This document shows positions 24,580 through 37,114 of a stretch of 64,000 bases of DNA, piece after piece. The translations under genes and the position numbers were made by a program. The stretch comes from Trichodelitschia bisporula (taxonomy: Eukaryota): contig ML996701.1 in assembly GCA_010356995.1 (NCBI GenBank), positions 736,963 to 800,962 on the forward strand, read 5' to 3'. Each line of letters begins with the position of its first letter. Within the stretch, counting starts at the first letter, position 1. The notes below the pieces were generated by a model, which had not been told where the DNA came from, ran no database searches, and saw only the letters and a program-made list of their open reading frames with translations.

Positions 24580-27500
24580 ATGGGCCTTCCCACAACCAGC
24601 ATGACTTCTAAAAGTGCAAATGGCACCCCGAGCAGCAATGCCGCCAAATACGACCTGCCGTCTCACTTCATCGGAGGAAACCACATCGACGTGGCACCGC
24701 CGAGCAAGATCAAGGACTTTGTTGCCGCACACGGAGGTCACACCGTCATTACGAACGTCCTGATTGCGAACAATGGTATCGCCGCCGTCAAGGAGATCCG
24801 CTCGGTGCGGAAGTGGGCCTATGAGACGTTTGGCGATGAGCGGGCAATCCAGTTCACCGTCATGGCGACGCCTGAAGATTTGCAGGCCAACGCCGACTAC
24901 ATCAGAATGGCGGACCAATACGTTGAGGTAGAGACTTATTCCAGGGAGCATTTTGTGCGGTACTGATGAGTTAGGTTCCCGGTGGCACCAACAACAACAA
25001 CTACGCCAATGTGGAGCTCATTGTGGACGTGGCGGAGCGGATGAACGTGCAAGCAGTGTGGGCTGGATGGTAAGTCGATCTGGAGATGAGAATTTCGTCA
25101 TGCTGATCAGTGTTAGGGGCCATGCGTCCGAAAACCCCAAACTGCCTGAATCGCTCGCCGCGTCGCCGAAGAAGATCGTCTTCATTGGCCCGCCGGGCTC
25201 GGCCATGCGCTCGCTCGGCGACAAGATTTCCTCCACCATCGTCGCACAACACGCCGGTGTTCCCTGTATCCCTTGGTCCGGAACGGGCGTTGATGAGGTG
25301 ACCGTCGACTCCCGTGGCATCGTAACAGTGCCAGACGATGTCTACGACAAGGGCTGCACACACTCGCCCGAGGAGGGTCTTGAGATGGCGAAGAAGATCG
25401 GCTTCCCCGTCATGGTCAAGGCGTCCGAAGGCGGTGGTGGCAAGGGTATCCGCAAGGTCGACAACGAGGAGGACTTCCCGGCCCTTTACCGCGCGGCTGC
25501 TAACGAAATCCCCGGCTCCCCCATCTTCATCATGAAGTTGGCGGGCAATGCGCGCCATCTGGAGGTGCAATTGCTGGCGGATCAGTACGGGAATAACATC
25601 TCTCTCTTCGGCCGTGATTGCTCCGTCCAGCGTCGCCACCAGAAGATTATTGAGGAGGCGCCAGTGACGGTTGCGAAGGCGGAAACCTTCCATGCCATGG
25701 AGAAGGCGGCCGTGTCGCTCGGCAAGCTCGTCGGCTACGTGTCGGCCGGCACTGTTGAGTACCTGTACTCGCACGCCGACGATAAGTTCTACTTCCTCGA
25801 GCTGAACCCGCGTCTGCAGGTCGAGCATCCGACCACCGAGATGGTGACGGGTGTGAACCTGCCCGCTGCGCAGCTGCAGATCGCCATGGGTCTGCCTCTG
25901 CACCGCATTCGTGACATCCGTCTTCTGTATGGCGCAGACCCGCACAGCGCGTCGGTTATCGACTTCGACTTCTCCAATGTGGACAGCTCGAAGGCTCAGC
26001 GTCGGCCGAAGCCCAAGGGCCACACCACGGCTTGCCGTATTACCTCCGAAGATCCAGGGGAGGGCTTCAAGCCGTCCAGCGGCACGATGCACGACCTCAA
26101 CTTCCGGTCCAGCTCCAACGTCTGGGGTTACTTCTCCGTCAGTTCCGCCAGTAGCATTCACTCGTTCTCCGACTCGCAGTTTGGGCACATTTTCGCCTAT
26201 GGTGAGAACCGGCAAGCGTCCCGCAAGCACATGGTCGTCGCGCTCAAGGAACTGAGCATTCGTGGCGATTTCCGCACTACGGTCGAGTATCTCATTAAGC
26301 TGCTCGAGACGCCCGCTTTCGAGGACAACACTATCACTACCGGCTGGTTAGACGAGCTCATCACCAAGAAGCTGACTGCTGAACGGCCCGATCCTACTGT
26401 GGCTGTCATCTGCGGCGCTGTCACCAAGGCTCACATCGCCAGCGAGCAGTGCCTCAACGAGTACCGTGCCAGCTTGGAGAAGGGTCAGGTTCCCGGCAAG
26501 GATGTCCTCAAGACCGTCTTCCCGGTCGACTTCATCTACGACGGTCAGCGGTACAAGTTCACGGCTACACGCTCGAGCGCCGATGCGTACATGCTCTTCA
26601 TCAACGGCTCGCGCTGCTCCGTCGGCGTACGCGCGCTGGCTGATGGTGGTCTCCTGATTCTGCTTGGCGGAAAGTCTCACAACGTCTACTGGAAGGAGGA
26701 GGTTGGTGCTACACGCATTAGCGTCGACAGCAAGACCTGCCTCCTGGAGCAGGAAAACGACCCCACGCAACTGCGCACGCCGTCCCCTGGCAAGCTTGTC
26801 AAGTTCACAGTGGAAAACGGAGAACATATCAAGAAGGGGCAGACCTTTGCTGAGGTCGAGGTCATGAAGATGTACATGCCGCTGATTGCGCAGGAAGACG
26901 GTATTGTCAACCTGATCAAGCAGCCGGGCGCCACCCTCGAGGCTGGTGACATCCTTGGCATACTCGCGCTCGACGACCCATCCAGGGTCAAGTCGGCCAC
27001 GCCCTTCCTGGGCCAGCTCAAGGACTTTGGCCCGCCTGTCGTCCTCGGCTCGAAGCCCTCTCAACGGCTCGTGTACCTGTATACCATCCTTGAGAATATC
27101 CTCAAGGGTTACGACAACCAGGTCATCATGGCCCAGACGCTCAAGGATCTGATTGACGTTCTGCAAGACAAGCAGCTGCCTTACGGCCAATGGGACTCGC
27201 AGGCTTCGGCGCTGCACTCTCGCATGCCCCAGAAGCTCGATGCCCTGCTCGGTTCCATTGTCGAGCGCGCCCGCTCGCGTAAACTCGAATTCCCGGCCAA
27301 GAACCTGCACAAGGCGTTTACGCGTTTCATGGAGGAGAACGTCGCGCCGTCGGACGTGGCGCTGCTGAAGTCCGGCCTGACGCCCCTCATTGACATCATG
27401 ACGTCGTACTCGGAGGGTCTCAAAGTACACGAGTATGATGTGATGATCCAGCTGCTCGAGCAGTACTGGAACGTCGAGAAGCTGTTCTCGTCTCGCACGT

Positions 27501-30500
27501 CCCGCGACGAGGAGGTCATTCTCAAGCTGCGTGATGAGAACCGCGACAACGTCGTGTCTGTTGTACAAACCGTTCTCTCCCACGCGCGCGTCGGTCCCAA
27601 GTCGAACCTCATCACCGCCATCCTCGATGTCTACCGCCCCAACCGTCCCGGGGCCGGCAATGTCGCCAAGTACTTGAAGACGACGCTGCGCAAGCTGGCC
27701 GAGCTCGAGGGTCGACAGGTAGCCAAGGTTGCCCTTAAGGCGCGCGAGGTTCTCATCCAGTGCGCCATGCCATCCCTGGAGGAGCGTACCAGCCAGATGG
27801 AGCACATCCTGCGCTCGTCCGTCATTCAGAGCAAGTACGGCGAGACGGGCATGGAACATCGCGAGCCCAACTTCGACGCGATCCGTGACGTGGTCGACTC
27901 GCAGTACACCGTCTTTGATGTGCTGCCGCAGTTCTTCGCTCACCATGATCCGTGGGTCGCGCTTGCTGCGCTCGAGGTGTACATCCGTCGCGCGTACAGG
28001 GCTTATCTGCTCAAGGATATCCAGTACAATGTTGATGACACGCCGTTTGTCCTGGTGTGGGAGTTTGCCCTGCGCAAGGTTGGCCAGGCTGAGTTTGGCT
28101 TGCCGGCCGAGAACTCCTATCCCGGCACTCCGGGCACGCCGGCCAGCTTCGCCAGCGAGATCACGCCCAAGCGTGTACAGTCAATTTCTGACATGACCTA
28201 CTTCAGCTCCAAAGAGGCCGAGCCCACCCGTAAGGGTGCCATCGTTCCCGTTGCCTTCTTCGACGACGCGGAGGATTCCCTGATGCGCGCACTCAACATG
28301 TTCCCGTCGACCAGGGTTGGCAGACCTTCCGGTCTGCTTGCCGATTTGTCGCGTAACCGCGGCGGTCCGCAGATCAAGGCCGATAAGGCTGAGGACCTGG
28401 CCGCGGTTGTCAACGTTGCCGTTTCTGACGCTGAGAGCTTCGATGATGAGAAAATTTTGGAGCGCATCCTCCCGATTGTCAAGGAGGTCCGCGAGGAGCT
28501 GCTCTCGCGCCATGTGCGCCGTCTCACTTTCATCTGCGGCCACAAGGACGGCACGTACCCCGGCTACTTCACGTTCCGCGGGCCTGCGTACGACGAAGAT
28601 CTCAGCATCCGTCACGTGGATCCTGCTCTTGCTTTCCAGCTTGAGCTTGGCCGTCTTTCCAAGTTCAACATCAAGCCCGTTTTTACCGAAAATCGTAATA
28701 TTCACATTTACGAGGCTATCGGCAAGGGCGCGGAGAACGACAAGCGCTACTTCACTCGCGCCACGGTCCGTCCTGGCCGTCTACGGGATGAGGTCCCGCT
28801 TGCCGAGTACATCATCTCGGAGGCTGACCGCCTGATGAATGACATCCTGGATGCCCTAGAGATCATTGGCAACAACAACTCTGACATGAACCACATCTTC
28901 ATCAACTTCTCGCACGTCTTCTCGCTGAACCCCAAGGAGGTAGAGGAATCGCTCGGCCCCCTGATCGCGCGTTTCGGCCCCCGCGCGTGGCGCCTGCGCG
29001 TCACCGGCGTCGAGGTGCGCATCATCTGCACCGACCCGCAAACTGGTGCTCCGTACCCGCTCCGCATCGTCATCAACAACACGTCTGGCTTTATCGTCGA
29101 CGTGGAGTTATACGCCGAGCGCAAGTCGGACAAAGGCAACGAGTGGGTGTTCCACTCCACCGGCGGTAGCACGAAGGTTGGCGCCATGCACCTGCGGCCC
29201 GTGGGCACGCCGTACCCGACCAAGGGTGCGTTGCAGCCCAAGCGCTACAAGGCCCACATCATGGGCACGCAGTACGTCTACGACTTCCCGGAGCTCTTCC
29301 GCCAAGCCATCGAGAACTCGTGGATCGACACCGTCAAGGCGCATCCGTACCTCAAGGAGCGCCAGCCGAAGCAGGGCGAGTGCCTCGAGTACAACGAGCT
29401 CGTCCTTGACGACCAGGATAACCTCGTAGAGGTCAACCGCGAGCCTGGTACGAACACCATCGGTATGGTGGGCTGGCTCGTCACGGCTCGCACGCCGGAG
29501 TATCCCAAGGGTCGGCGCTCGGTCATCATTGCCAACGATATCACCTTCAAGATTGGCAGCTTCGGCCCCGCCGAGGACCGCTTCTTCCACAAGTGCTCTG
29601 AGCTGGCGCGCCGTCTCGGCATTCCGCGTATCTACCTGAGTGCCAACTCGGGTGCGCGCCTGGGCATGGCCGAGGAGATCATCCCGCACTTCGAGGTCGC
29701 GTGGAACGACAAGAACAAGCCGGAGAAGGGCTTCAAGTACCTGTACCTCACGCCCGACAAGAAGAAGCGCTTTGAGGACAGCGGTCGCCGCGATGTCATC
29801 ACCGAGGAGGTTGTGGAAGATGGCGAGACGCGCCACAAGCTTACCACCATCGTCGGTGCTGAGGACGGTCTTGGCGTCGAGTGCTTGCGTGGCTCGGGCT
29901 TGATTGCCGGTGAGACCAGCCGGGCTTACGAGGACATCTTCACCATCACCCTGGTGACGTGCCGCTCCGTCGGTATTGGTGCCTACCTCGTGCGTCTCGG
30001 TCAGCGTACCATCCAAATCGAAGGCCAGCCTATCATCCTGACGGGCGCGCCGGCCATCAACAAGCTGCTCGGCCGTGATGTCTACACTTCGAATCTGCAG
30101 CTCGGCGGCACGCAGATCATGTACCGCAACGGTGTGTCGCACATGACGGCCGAGGATGACTTCGCCGGCGTGTGCAAGATCGTCAAGTGGATGTCGTTCG
30201 TGCCGGACAAGAAGGGCAACCCTGTGCCCATCTCGCCCTCCGTCGATGTCTGGGATCGCGATGTCGTCTACTACCCCCCGCAGAAGCAGCCGTACGATGT
30301 GCGCTGGCTGATTGGCGGTAAGGACGACGAGGAGGGCTTCATGTCTGGTCTGTTCGACCGCGGCTCTTTCGAGGAGACGCTCGGCGGGTGGGCCAAGACT
30401 GTTGTCGTCGGTCGTGCGCGCCTCGGCGGTATCCCCGTCGGTGTCATCGGCGTCGAGGTCCGCTCGGTTGAGAACGTCACACCCGCTGACCCTGCCAACC

Positions 30501-31489
30501 CGGAGTCCATCGAGCAAATCACCTCCGAAGCAGGTGGTGTGTGGTACCCGAACTCGGCGTTCAAGACGGCGCAAGCCATCCGCGACTTCAACAATGGCGA
30601 GCAGCTGCCACTCATGATCCTGGCCAACTGGCGCGGTTTCTCCGGCGGCCAGCGCGACATGTACAACGAAGTCCTCAAGTACGGCTCGTACATCGTCGAC
30701 GCACTCGTCAAGTACGAGCAGCCGGTCTTCGTGTACATCCCGCCCTTCGGCGAGCTGCGCGGCGGCTCCTGGGTCGTCGTCGACCCGACCATCAACCCCG
30801 ACTACATGGAGATGTACGCCGACGAGGAGGCCCGCGGCGGTGTGCTCGAGCCCGAGGGCATCGTGAACATCAAGTTCCGCAAGGAGAAGCAGCTGCAAAC
30901 CATGGCGCGCCTGGACCCAACCTACGCTGAACTCAAGGCTAAGCTCGCCGATGCGTCGCTCTCGGCTGAGCAGCAGGCCAAGGTCAAGGCTGCGATGACG
31001 GAGCGCGAGCAGACCCTCCTGCCTGTCTATGCGCAGATCAGCATCCAGTTCGCGGATCTGCATGATCGGGCTGGGCGCATGATGGCCAAGGGCGTGATTC
31101 GCGCGCCGCTGAAGTGGACCGAGAGCAGGCGGTTCTTCTACTGGCGCCTGCGCCGCCGTCTTAACGAAGAGTATATCCTGAAGAAGATGACTGGGGCCGA
31201 GGGCAACGAGGTTGGTGGTACCCGGGCTGGTCGCCTGGCGCTGCTGCGCGCTTGGTCGGGCGTGGAGCGGTTTGAGACTGCGGATCGCGATGTCGCGGTT
31301 TGGTATGAGGAGAAGCGCAAGGAGACGGCAGCGAGAATTGAGACCCTCCGCCGCGAGGGGGTGGTTAGCGATGTGGTTTCCCTCTGGGGTAAGGATAAGG
31401 AGGGGGTTGTGAAGGGGGTGAGGCACATGCTGTCCATGATGCCGGTTGAGGAGCGGGAGGAGGCGCTGAAGTTGTTGGCCCGCGGCTAG
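24580..31489 (+). CDS. ACC1: Acetyl-CoA carboxylase
   Basis: BC domain ([35 protein letters not shown]), biotinyl motif EVMKM, Snf1/AMPK-site-like [11 protein letters not shown] domain ([22 protein letters not shown]). Introns about 24928-24975 and 25050-25096, plus a probable 5'UTR intron 24462-24571. Start may be 24601. Confidence 0.98.
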
Positions 31490-31861
31490 GGGGCTTGGTT
31501 TAGGGCGGGGACGGGGGCGGGTGCGAAGGCTCGCTCTGTGGAGTGTGGTGGCGAGTTTGAGGAGGTTAATCCCATCATGGAGGACGATGGGGTGGAAAGG
31601 AAGAGTGATGTTGTGAGGGGGAAGATTATGCGGAAGGATAGGGCGGGGAGTATCGTTGCGCCGACTGCTGAGGTGGTGGATGCTCCTGCGGAACAGGAGA
31701 AGGAAATCGAAAAGGAAAAGGAGGCACCGGTGTACGAGCCGCTCGCATCAACGGACGTCGGCTTGGTTGCCGGAGGGGTTGCTTTCGCGGCTCATGCGTG
31801 CTGGGTTATGGGTGTTGTTGCGAGTTTTGTTTGGGAGTGGGCTTTCTCGCTTTTGTGCTAA
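31490..31861 (+). other. Stop-free in-frame continuation of the ACC1 reading frame (123 codons; alternatively a 94-aa ORF from ATG 31577)
   Basis: After TAG 31487-31489 the same frame stays open to TAA 31859-31861. An E/K-rich linker is followed by a hydrophobic C-terminus. Confidence 0.45.
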
Positions 31862-32485
31862 TGCGTTCTTGACGTTTTTTGTTGCATGATGGATAGGGAT
31901 GGTGTAGAATAGATGGTGCGGTTGTGGAGCGTTGAATGCATTGGCTTGACGATAAATTTGTCTTGTCGTGAGTGCCTGTGGTATCGTGATTGCTGATGAG
32001 GATTCCCTTCTATCCCAATTTTACTCAACACCTCTCCGCACGCCTGTCCAACCTTGCCAGCTGATAAAGGTGCGTCGTCTCCTCCAACTTTTATGTCACT
32101 CTCTTAAAGAATCGTAGACATCGTGAGGCTGACCGACTGCCTCAGATTACTGTGAGGCATGTGGCTCAGCCGTGTCTGATGTGGCTCGTATCGGACAAGT
32201 CGGCAACTCGGGTGCAAGGACTCGAGCCGTTCTCGGCCCTATCGCATGCAAACTGACGGCACGTCATGGCCTCCAACCAACCACAGCCCCCATCATCGCT
32301 CCATCGCACGCGATCCCGGCCTCACGACCTGCAGCAAAGCTCGAAGCACGCAGAAACCGTGGCAATGTCTTGCTCCGACGAATCCCGTCTTTTCTCCGCC
32401 CGCCGCCGGCAGGAAGTCGCGAATCCCATCTCCCTCTCGCCATCAAAATTGCCCCACTACCCCACTAAGAGCCTCAAACCTCACC

Positions 32486-33922
32486 ATGTCCCTCCTCTCC
32501 AAACCCTTCAAGTGGCTCTACCATGAATTCGGCCTCTCCTCCGTCACGGCCACGGGCCGCGACGCCCAACTCATCATCCTCACGCGCTGCTGCCGCATGT
32601 TCGCCTACGGCACCAACTCCCTCATGCTCGCGCTCTTCTTTTCCGCGCTCGGCTTCGCAGACTACCAAATCGGCCTCTTCATGACTCTGACGCTTCTCGG
32701 CGACGTCTTGCTCAGCCTCTTCCTGACCCTGATCGCCGACCGCGTGGGCCGGCGCCGCGTGCTCCTCGCTGGGTCGGCGCTGATGGTCATGTCTGGCGCG
32801 ACCTTTGCGCTGAGCGATAATTTCTGGATACTGCTGCTTGCGGCGGTGATTGGGGTTATTAGTGCGACGGGGGGGGATTTTGGACCTTTTCGTGCGATTG
32901 AGGAGAGTACGTTGAGTCATCTGACGGGCCCGAAGACGAGGTCGGATGTGCTGTCGTGGTATGTTATGATGAGCAGTATGGGCTCGAGCCTGGGGACGGA
33001 GGTGAGCGGCCGCGTGATCACCTGGCTCCAGGCGCGCGATGGGTGGTCACTGCCGGATGCGTACCATGCCATCTTTTGGGTGTACACCGGGATGGGGCTC
33101 GTCAATGCGATTCTGGTGTGGTGCCTATCCGACGCATGCGAGCTGCAGACCCCGTCCGGCAGCGACGAGGCGGCCGGGATCCTCCTCGTCTCGGACTCGG
33201 AATCGGACGACGAAGGCTCCTCCACGCCCGCTCCGGCGCCGGCTAAGAAGAAGTCTGGCTTCTTCAGCCTCTTCGCGGCGATCAGCCCGCGGACGCGAAC
33301 CACGATGTACAAGCTCTGGTTCCTGCTCATCGTGGACAGCCTCGCGGATGGTATGGTGCCCTACAGCCTGACGAACTACTACATGGACCGCAAGTTCCAC
33401 CTCCCGGCGAGCACGCTCGGGGACGTGACGTCCGCGAGCTACGTCCTCTCAAGCGTAGGCACTGCGTTCGCAGCGCCGCTGGCGCGCCGGCTCGGGCTGA
33501 TTAACACCATGGTGTTCACGCACATCCCGAGTTCGCTGGCCGTGCTCGTTTTCCCCGCGCCGCCGGGGGTGGTGCTCACTGTCATTTTACTGTTTATCCG
33601 CACGGGGCTGAACAACATGGACCAAGCGCCGCGGTCCGCGTTCATTGCCGCGGTGGTGCTGCCGGAGGAGCGCACGGCGGTGATGGGGATTACGAGTATG
33701 CTGCGAACGCTGGCGAGTACGGCTGGCCCGACGGTGACGGGGGTGCTTGCTGGGAATGATCGGTTTTGGATTGCGTTTGTTGCTGCTGGGGCGTTGCGGT
33801 TGGCGTATGATTTGGGGTTGTGGGCGATGTTTGTGAATATGAGGGTTGATGGGGATAGGAAGGAGGAAGGCAATGATGTGCAGATGACGGAGGTCAGGAA
33901 GAAGAATGGGAGTACGGTGTAA
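32486..33922 (+). CDS. MFS transporter (intronless)
   Basis: About 12 hydrophobic helices, MFS motif A (ADRVGRRRVL), GGDFGPFRAIEES, MDQAPRSAF. Confidence 0.9.
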   Translation: MSLLSKPFKWLYHEFGLSSVTATGRDAQLIILTRCCRMFAYGTNSLMLALFFSALGFADYQIGLFMTLTLLGDVLLSLFLTLIADRVGRRRVLLAGSALMVMSGATFALSDNFWILLLAAVIGVISATGGDFGPFRAIEESTLSHLTGPKTRSDVLSWYVMMSSMGSSLGTEVSGRVITWLQARDGWSLPDAYHAIFWVYTGMGLVNAILVWCLSDACELQTPSGSDEAAGILLVSDSESDDEGSSTPAPAPAKKKSGFFSLFAAISPRTRTTMYKLWFLLIVDSLADGMVPYSLTNYYMDRKFHLPASTLGDVTSASYVLSSVGTAFAAPLARRLGLINTMVFTHIPSSLAVLVFPAPPGVVLTVILLFIRTGLNNMDQAPRSAFIAAVVLPEERTAVMGITSMLRTLASTAGPTVTGVLAGNDRFWIAFVAAGALRLAYDLGLWAMFVNMRVDGDRKEEGNDVQMTEVRKKNGSTV

Positions 33923-34294
33923 AATGACGGGTGGTGCTTTTGGTAGGATGAGGACGGGGAAAGGGGGCGTTTCTGAATAGATTGAAAATGGCGAGGAGGG
34001 GTTTGATAGAGGCTCTAGTTCTACACCCTATATCCGTTATGACGCTGACTGTGCGTATCCCTATTGATGTTGTAGAAGGCGTGTGTCGTGATAAGAAGCT
34101 GCCACTGAACGCCGACTCCATGGCCCCGGGCTTGAGTTAGCTCGAATTTAGATGCGCATAGCTTCATGATGGAATAATTGATAGACGACTAGTTCCGCAC
34201 AGTACCGCCCTAACAGCTGTCATCAACGCCGGATCGACTGTCTCTCTGCGCGGTGGGCACCTGATCATTCACTTGCATCATTCCAACATGAAGA

Positions 34295-34386
34295 GCGTTG
34301 GTGGTTTAGTGGTAAAATCCGTCGTTGCCATCCGAAGCAATTCGGGATGATTCGACGGGCCCCGGGTTCGATTCCCGGCCGACGCA
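34295..34386 (+). tRNA. tRNA-Gly(GCC) with 21-nt intron (34331-34351)
   Basis: Acceptor GCGTTGG/CCGACGC-A, anticodon arm CGTCG-TTGCCA..T-CGACG, GGTTCGATTCC, T-run downstream. Confidence 0.95.
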
Positions 34387-34562
34387 TTCTTTTGCCTTTT
34401 TGCTCCATTCGACGGCCCCTCAGGGCGTGCGTAGTGTACAAGCGTAGACATAAGGCAGAGGCGTTCCGATGTCAGAAAGGAGCACTGATGTAATGTGCTC
34501 ACGATGGAAGGAAGGAGCATTGGTGGATACTTGGCAACATCATATATTTTAGTATCGAGCTT

Positions 34563-34565
<3 letters not shown>

Positions 34566-34598
<33 letters not shown>

Positions 34599-34600
34599 CT
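34566..34600. repeat. (CT)n microsatellite
   Basis: ctctctctctctctctctctctctc... Confidence 0.95.
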
Positions 34601-35078
34601 TTGACTTCTATTGGACTCTTCACTGTCGCCATTGCGCATGTCAAGCCTTTCGTCCAGGTGTGTGGGTCGGCTCGGTTGATGAACACAGAAGGCCTGCCGC
34701 TGTGCTGCTTCTCGGCCCGGGAAACCGCAACGGCTGTCCGCAATCCGCATGGTGATGGAATTACCGGTTGACGGTACCGCCGTTGGGTCGGCCGCACTTG
34801 TTGTTGGGCTTGGGAACGCAGCAAGTGAGTGTCAGAAACGTTCTACGATATGGATCCTCCTGAAGTTCAGGTGCCGTCTTTGGCACCGGCCACGATTGGA
34901 TGCCGCGTTTGTCCAACTCAATGGAGGTTGCAGATCTCGTGACACCGTCTCGCGCGACGCGCTTCCTTTTGCGGGGCGCATTTGCCTGTCACCGCCTGTA
35001 GCACATTCCATCTTCATCGACGACCCACCACTTCTCCACCTGCTGACCTTTTCCTTCACAATCTAGCATGTGCATTCA

Positions 35079-36873
35079 ATGATGACGTCCGACCTGGACA
35101 CGCAAGTCAAGGTACATGCCCCGCTTCTTCCCGCCTCCGTAAGCACTCCGGGTAAGGTTAATGGTGCTGGAGATGGGAGAGTCTCCATACAAAACTAACG
35201 GGACAGACTCTCGTCGCCCGCGCCGTCTGCTCCGTCCCTTTCCCCAACACCCCTTCCAACCCTCCAAGAACAACTCTCGAGCGTCTGCGCCAGCAACTCG
35301 AAATCGCAGAGCGTACGCATTTGGAAGTCCGGCACGCGCTCCCCCCTCATCTCTCCTCCCTAGGCTAACCTCCTAAAGCCAAAACATAGTAACCCTCTCC
35401 CTAGCCGCTCCCCCCCTCGCCGAAAACCCCGCCGATGCATCCCACTACCCGACCCGCGACGCAAGTGCAATGCAAAACATCCTCCTCATCGCAGGGCTAA
35501 ACACACCCTTCCGCTCCTCCAAGCCCGGCACCCCGACCACACCCATCGGCGGCAGCGGGCCAGGCACATCCTACTTTTCCCCCTCCGCGCCCGGCACTGC
35601 CTCAACTCCCACAATATCTCAAGGTCGGAAACCCTACTACGCCCCCAAAGCCCCAGGGGAGGCGTACTTCCACCCCCCGCCTCCGCACCAGAAGTCTCCA
35701 CTCCCGAGCGTAATGACCGACGCGGTCGTGGTCGTCCGCGCGTTGGACACGTATAATAGACATGCGGCGGTTGGGCTCCAGTCGTTGAAGAAACGCATCG
35801 AGGCGGAGAAGGCGCGAGAGAGGCACAAAGGCGCCGGTCATGCGAGAGGCAACCGGCGGCGTGTCAGCGCTGGGGCCATTGGGAGGACGCCCAGGGCGGG
35901 CATGGCGAGGAGGACGGTGAGTGCTGCTGGGCCTACTTCTGTGCCCCCGCCACCCCCTCCCCATCCCTCTCCCGGTTCCCCGCGCCTACGCAGAACGGAT
36001 CCCTTGCCCGACACATTTTCTCGCCATGCCAAAGCTGACGAGCCTCCGCCGCCGCCGGCAGCGGCGGCGGAGGATCGGACTGAGCTGCCGCTTGATCCGC
36101 GTGCCGTTTTGCCCGTGGGTTTAGACCCGCGGATGAATTCGGCGCGGGCGGCAATGCTTCGGGGGGCGAGTCCGACTGACGAAGAGGATATGCAGCTCGA
36201 TGAGCCGCGCAGGTTGGGGATTTCGCAGCCTGAGGAGTGGTGGGAGGCGAGGCCGAGAAGGGACGCGGAGCGGGATGTGGAGGCGAGGCCGAGAGCGGAC
36301 GTTGAATGGGATGTGGACTGCTTGATTGAGAAGCAGAAAAAGGCGGTGAGCAAGCAGCATGAGAAATGGAAGAAGGAGGAGGAGAGGAGGGAGAGGAGTG
36401 GCAAGGAGAGTGGGGAAGTTTCGGAGGTGGACGGGATGGAGGGCGTGGAGATGACGGGCCCGGCGGTGCCGGTGGTGCCAGAGAGCGTGGAGATGACGGG
36501 CCCGGCGGTGCCGGTGGTGCCAGAGAGCGTGGAGATGGCGGGCTCGCCGGTGCCGGAGGGCGTGGAGATGACGGGCATGGCGGGGTCGGCGGTGCCGGCT
36601 TTTCGGTCGGTGGAGCTGTCGGCGGAGCGCCCTTCGAGTAGGGAGAAGGAGAAGAGTCCGGGGAAGGGGAGTCCGGGGAAGGGGAAGAGGAGTCCCGGGA
36701 AGGGGAGTGGGAGTCCCGGGAAGGAGAGCGGGAGTCCCGGGAAGAAGACCGAGGAGAGTCCGGGGAGGAAGTTGAATGGAGAGAGGGAGGTCAAGGCGGG
36801 CGGTAGTGTGGCGTTTATTGATCGGGGACGAGATCCGAGGCTGCGGCACTATATGGGGGGTGGGTGTTTGTAA
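35079..36873 (+). CDS. Hypothetical low-complexity protein with internal tandem repeats
   Basis: Introns 35112-35206 and 35313-35389 splice in frame to the 467-aa ORF. VEMTGPAVPVVPES repeats, SPGK repeats and a terminal RGRDPRLR. Confidence 0.7.
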
Positions 36874-37114
36874 CGGGTATTGGTAACATGGTACTGGTGG
36901 GATGGAAGGGTTCACGAGCGACGCTTTCGGGTAGCGTTGGAAACGCTTCAATCGCGCCCGGCCGCAGGAGGGCCGGGGCACTACATACAGTACAACCAGC
37001 CGTCTACCTACGTGACCCCCATATCCGCTCCCGCGGAACCAAAAAGCGCCAATCCCGCCGCCCAAGAACTATGCCATACAAGTCGCCTCCAAAAGCCGTC
37101 ACACATAACGATAA

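Noticed and set aside
24360..24580. Possible non-AUG N-terminal (mitochondrial, HFA1-like) extension of ACC1 across the 5'UTR intron
   Set aside because: The upstream frame is not convincingly presequence-like and no clear near-cognate start stands out.
29510..29540. ACC1 [10 protein letters not shown], where a hydrophobic residue is usually found at the Ser position
   Set aside because: A single substitution; cannot distinguish natural variation from sequencing error.
25001..31426. Long minus-strand ORFs (409, 532 and 772 aa) opposite ACC1, and similar ones opposite the AAA ATPase, CLPTM1 and the secreted gene
   Set aside because: Antisense shadows caused by strong C/G-ending codon bias; no recognisable motifs.
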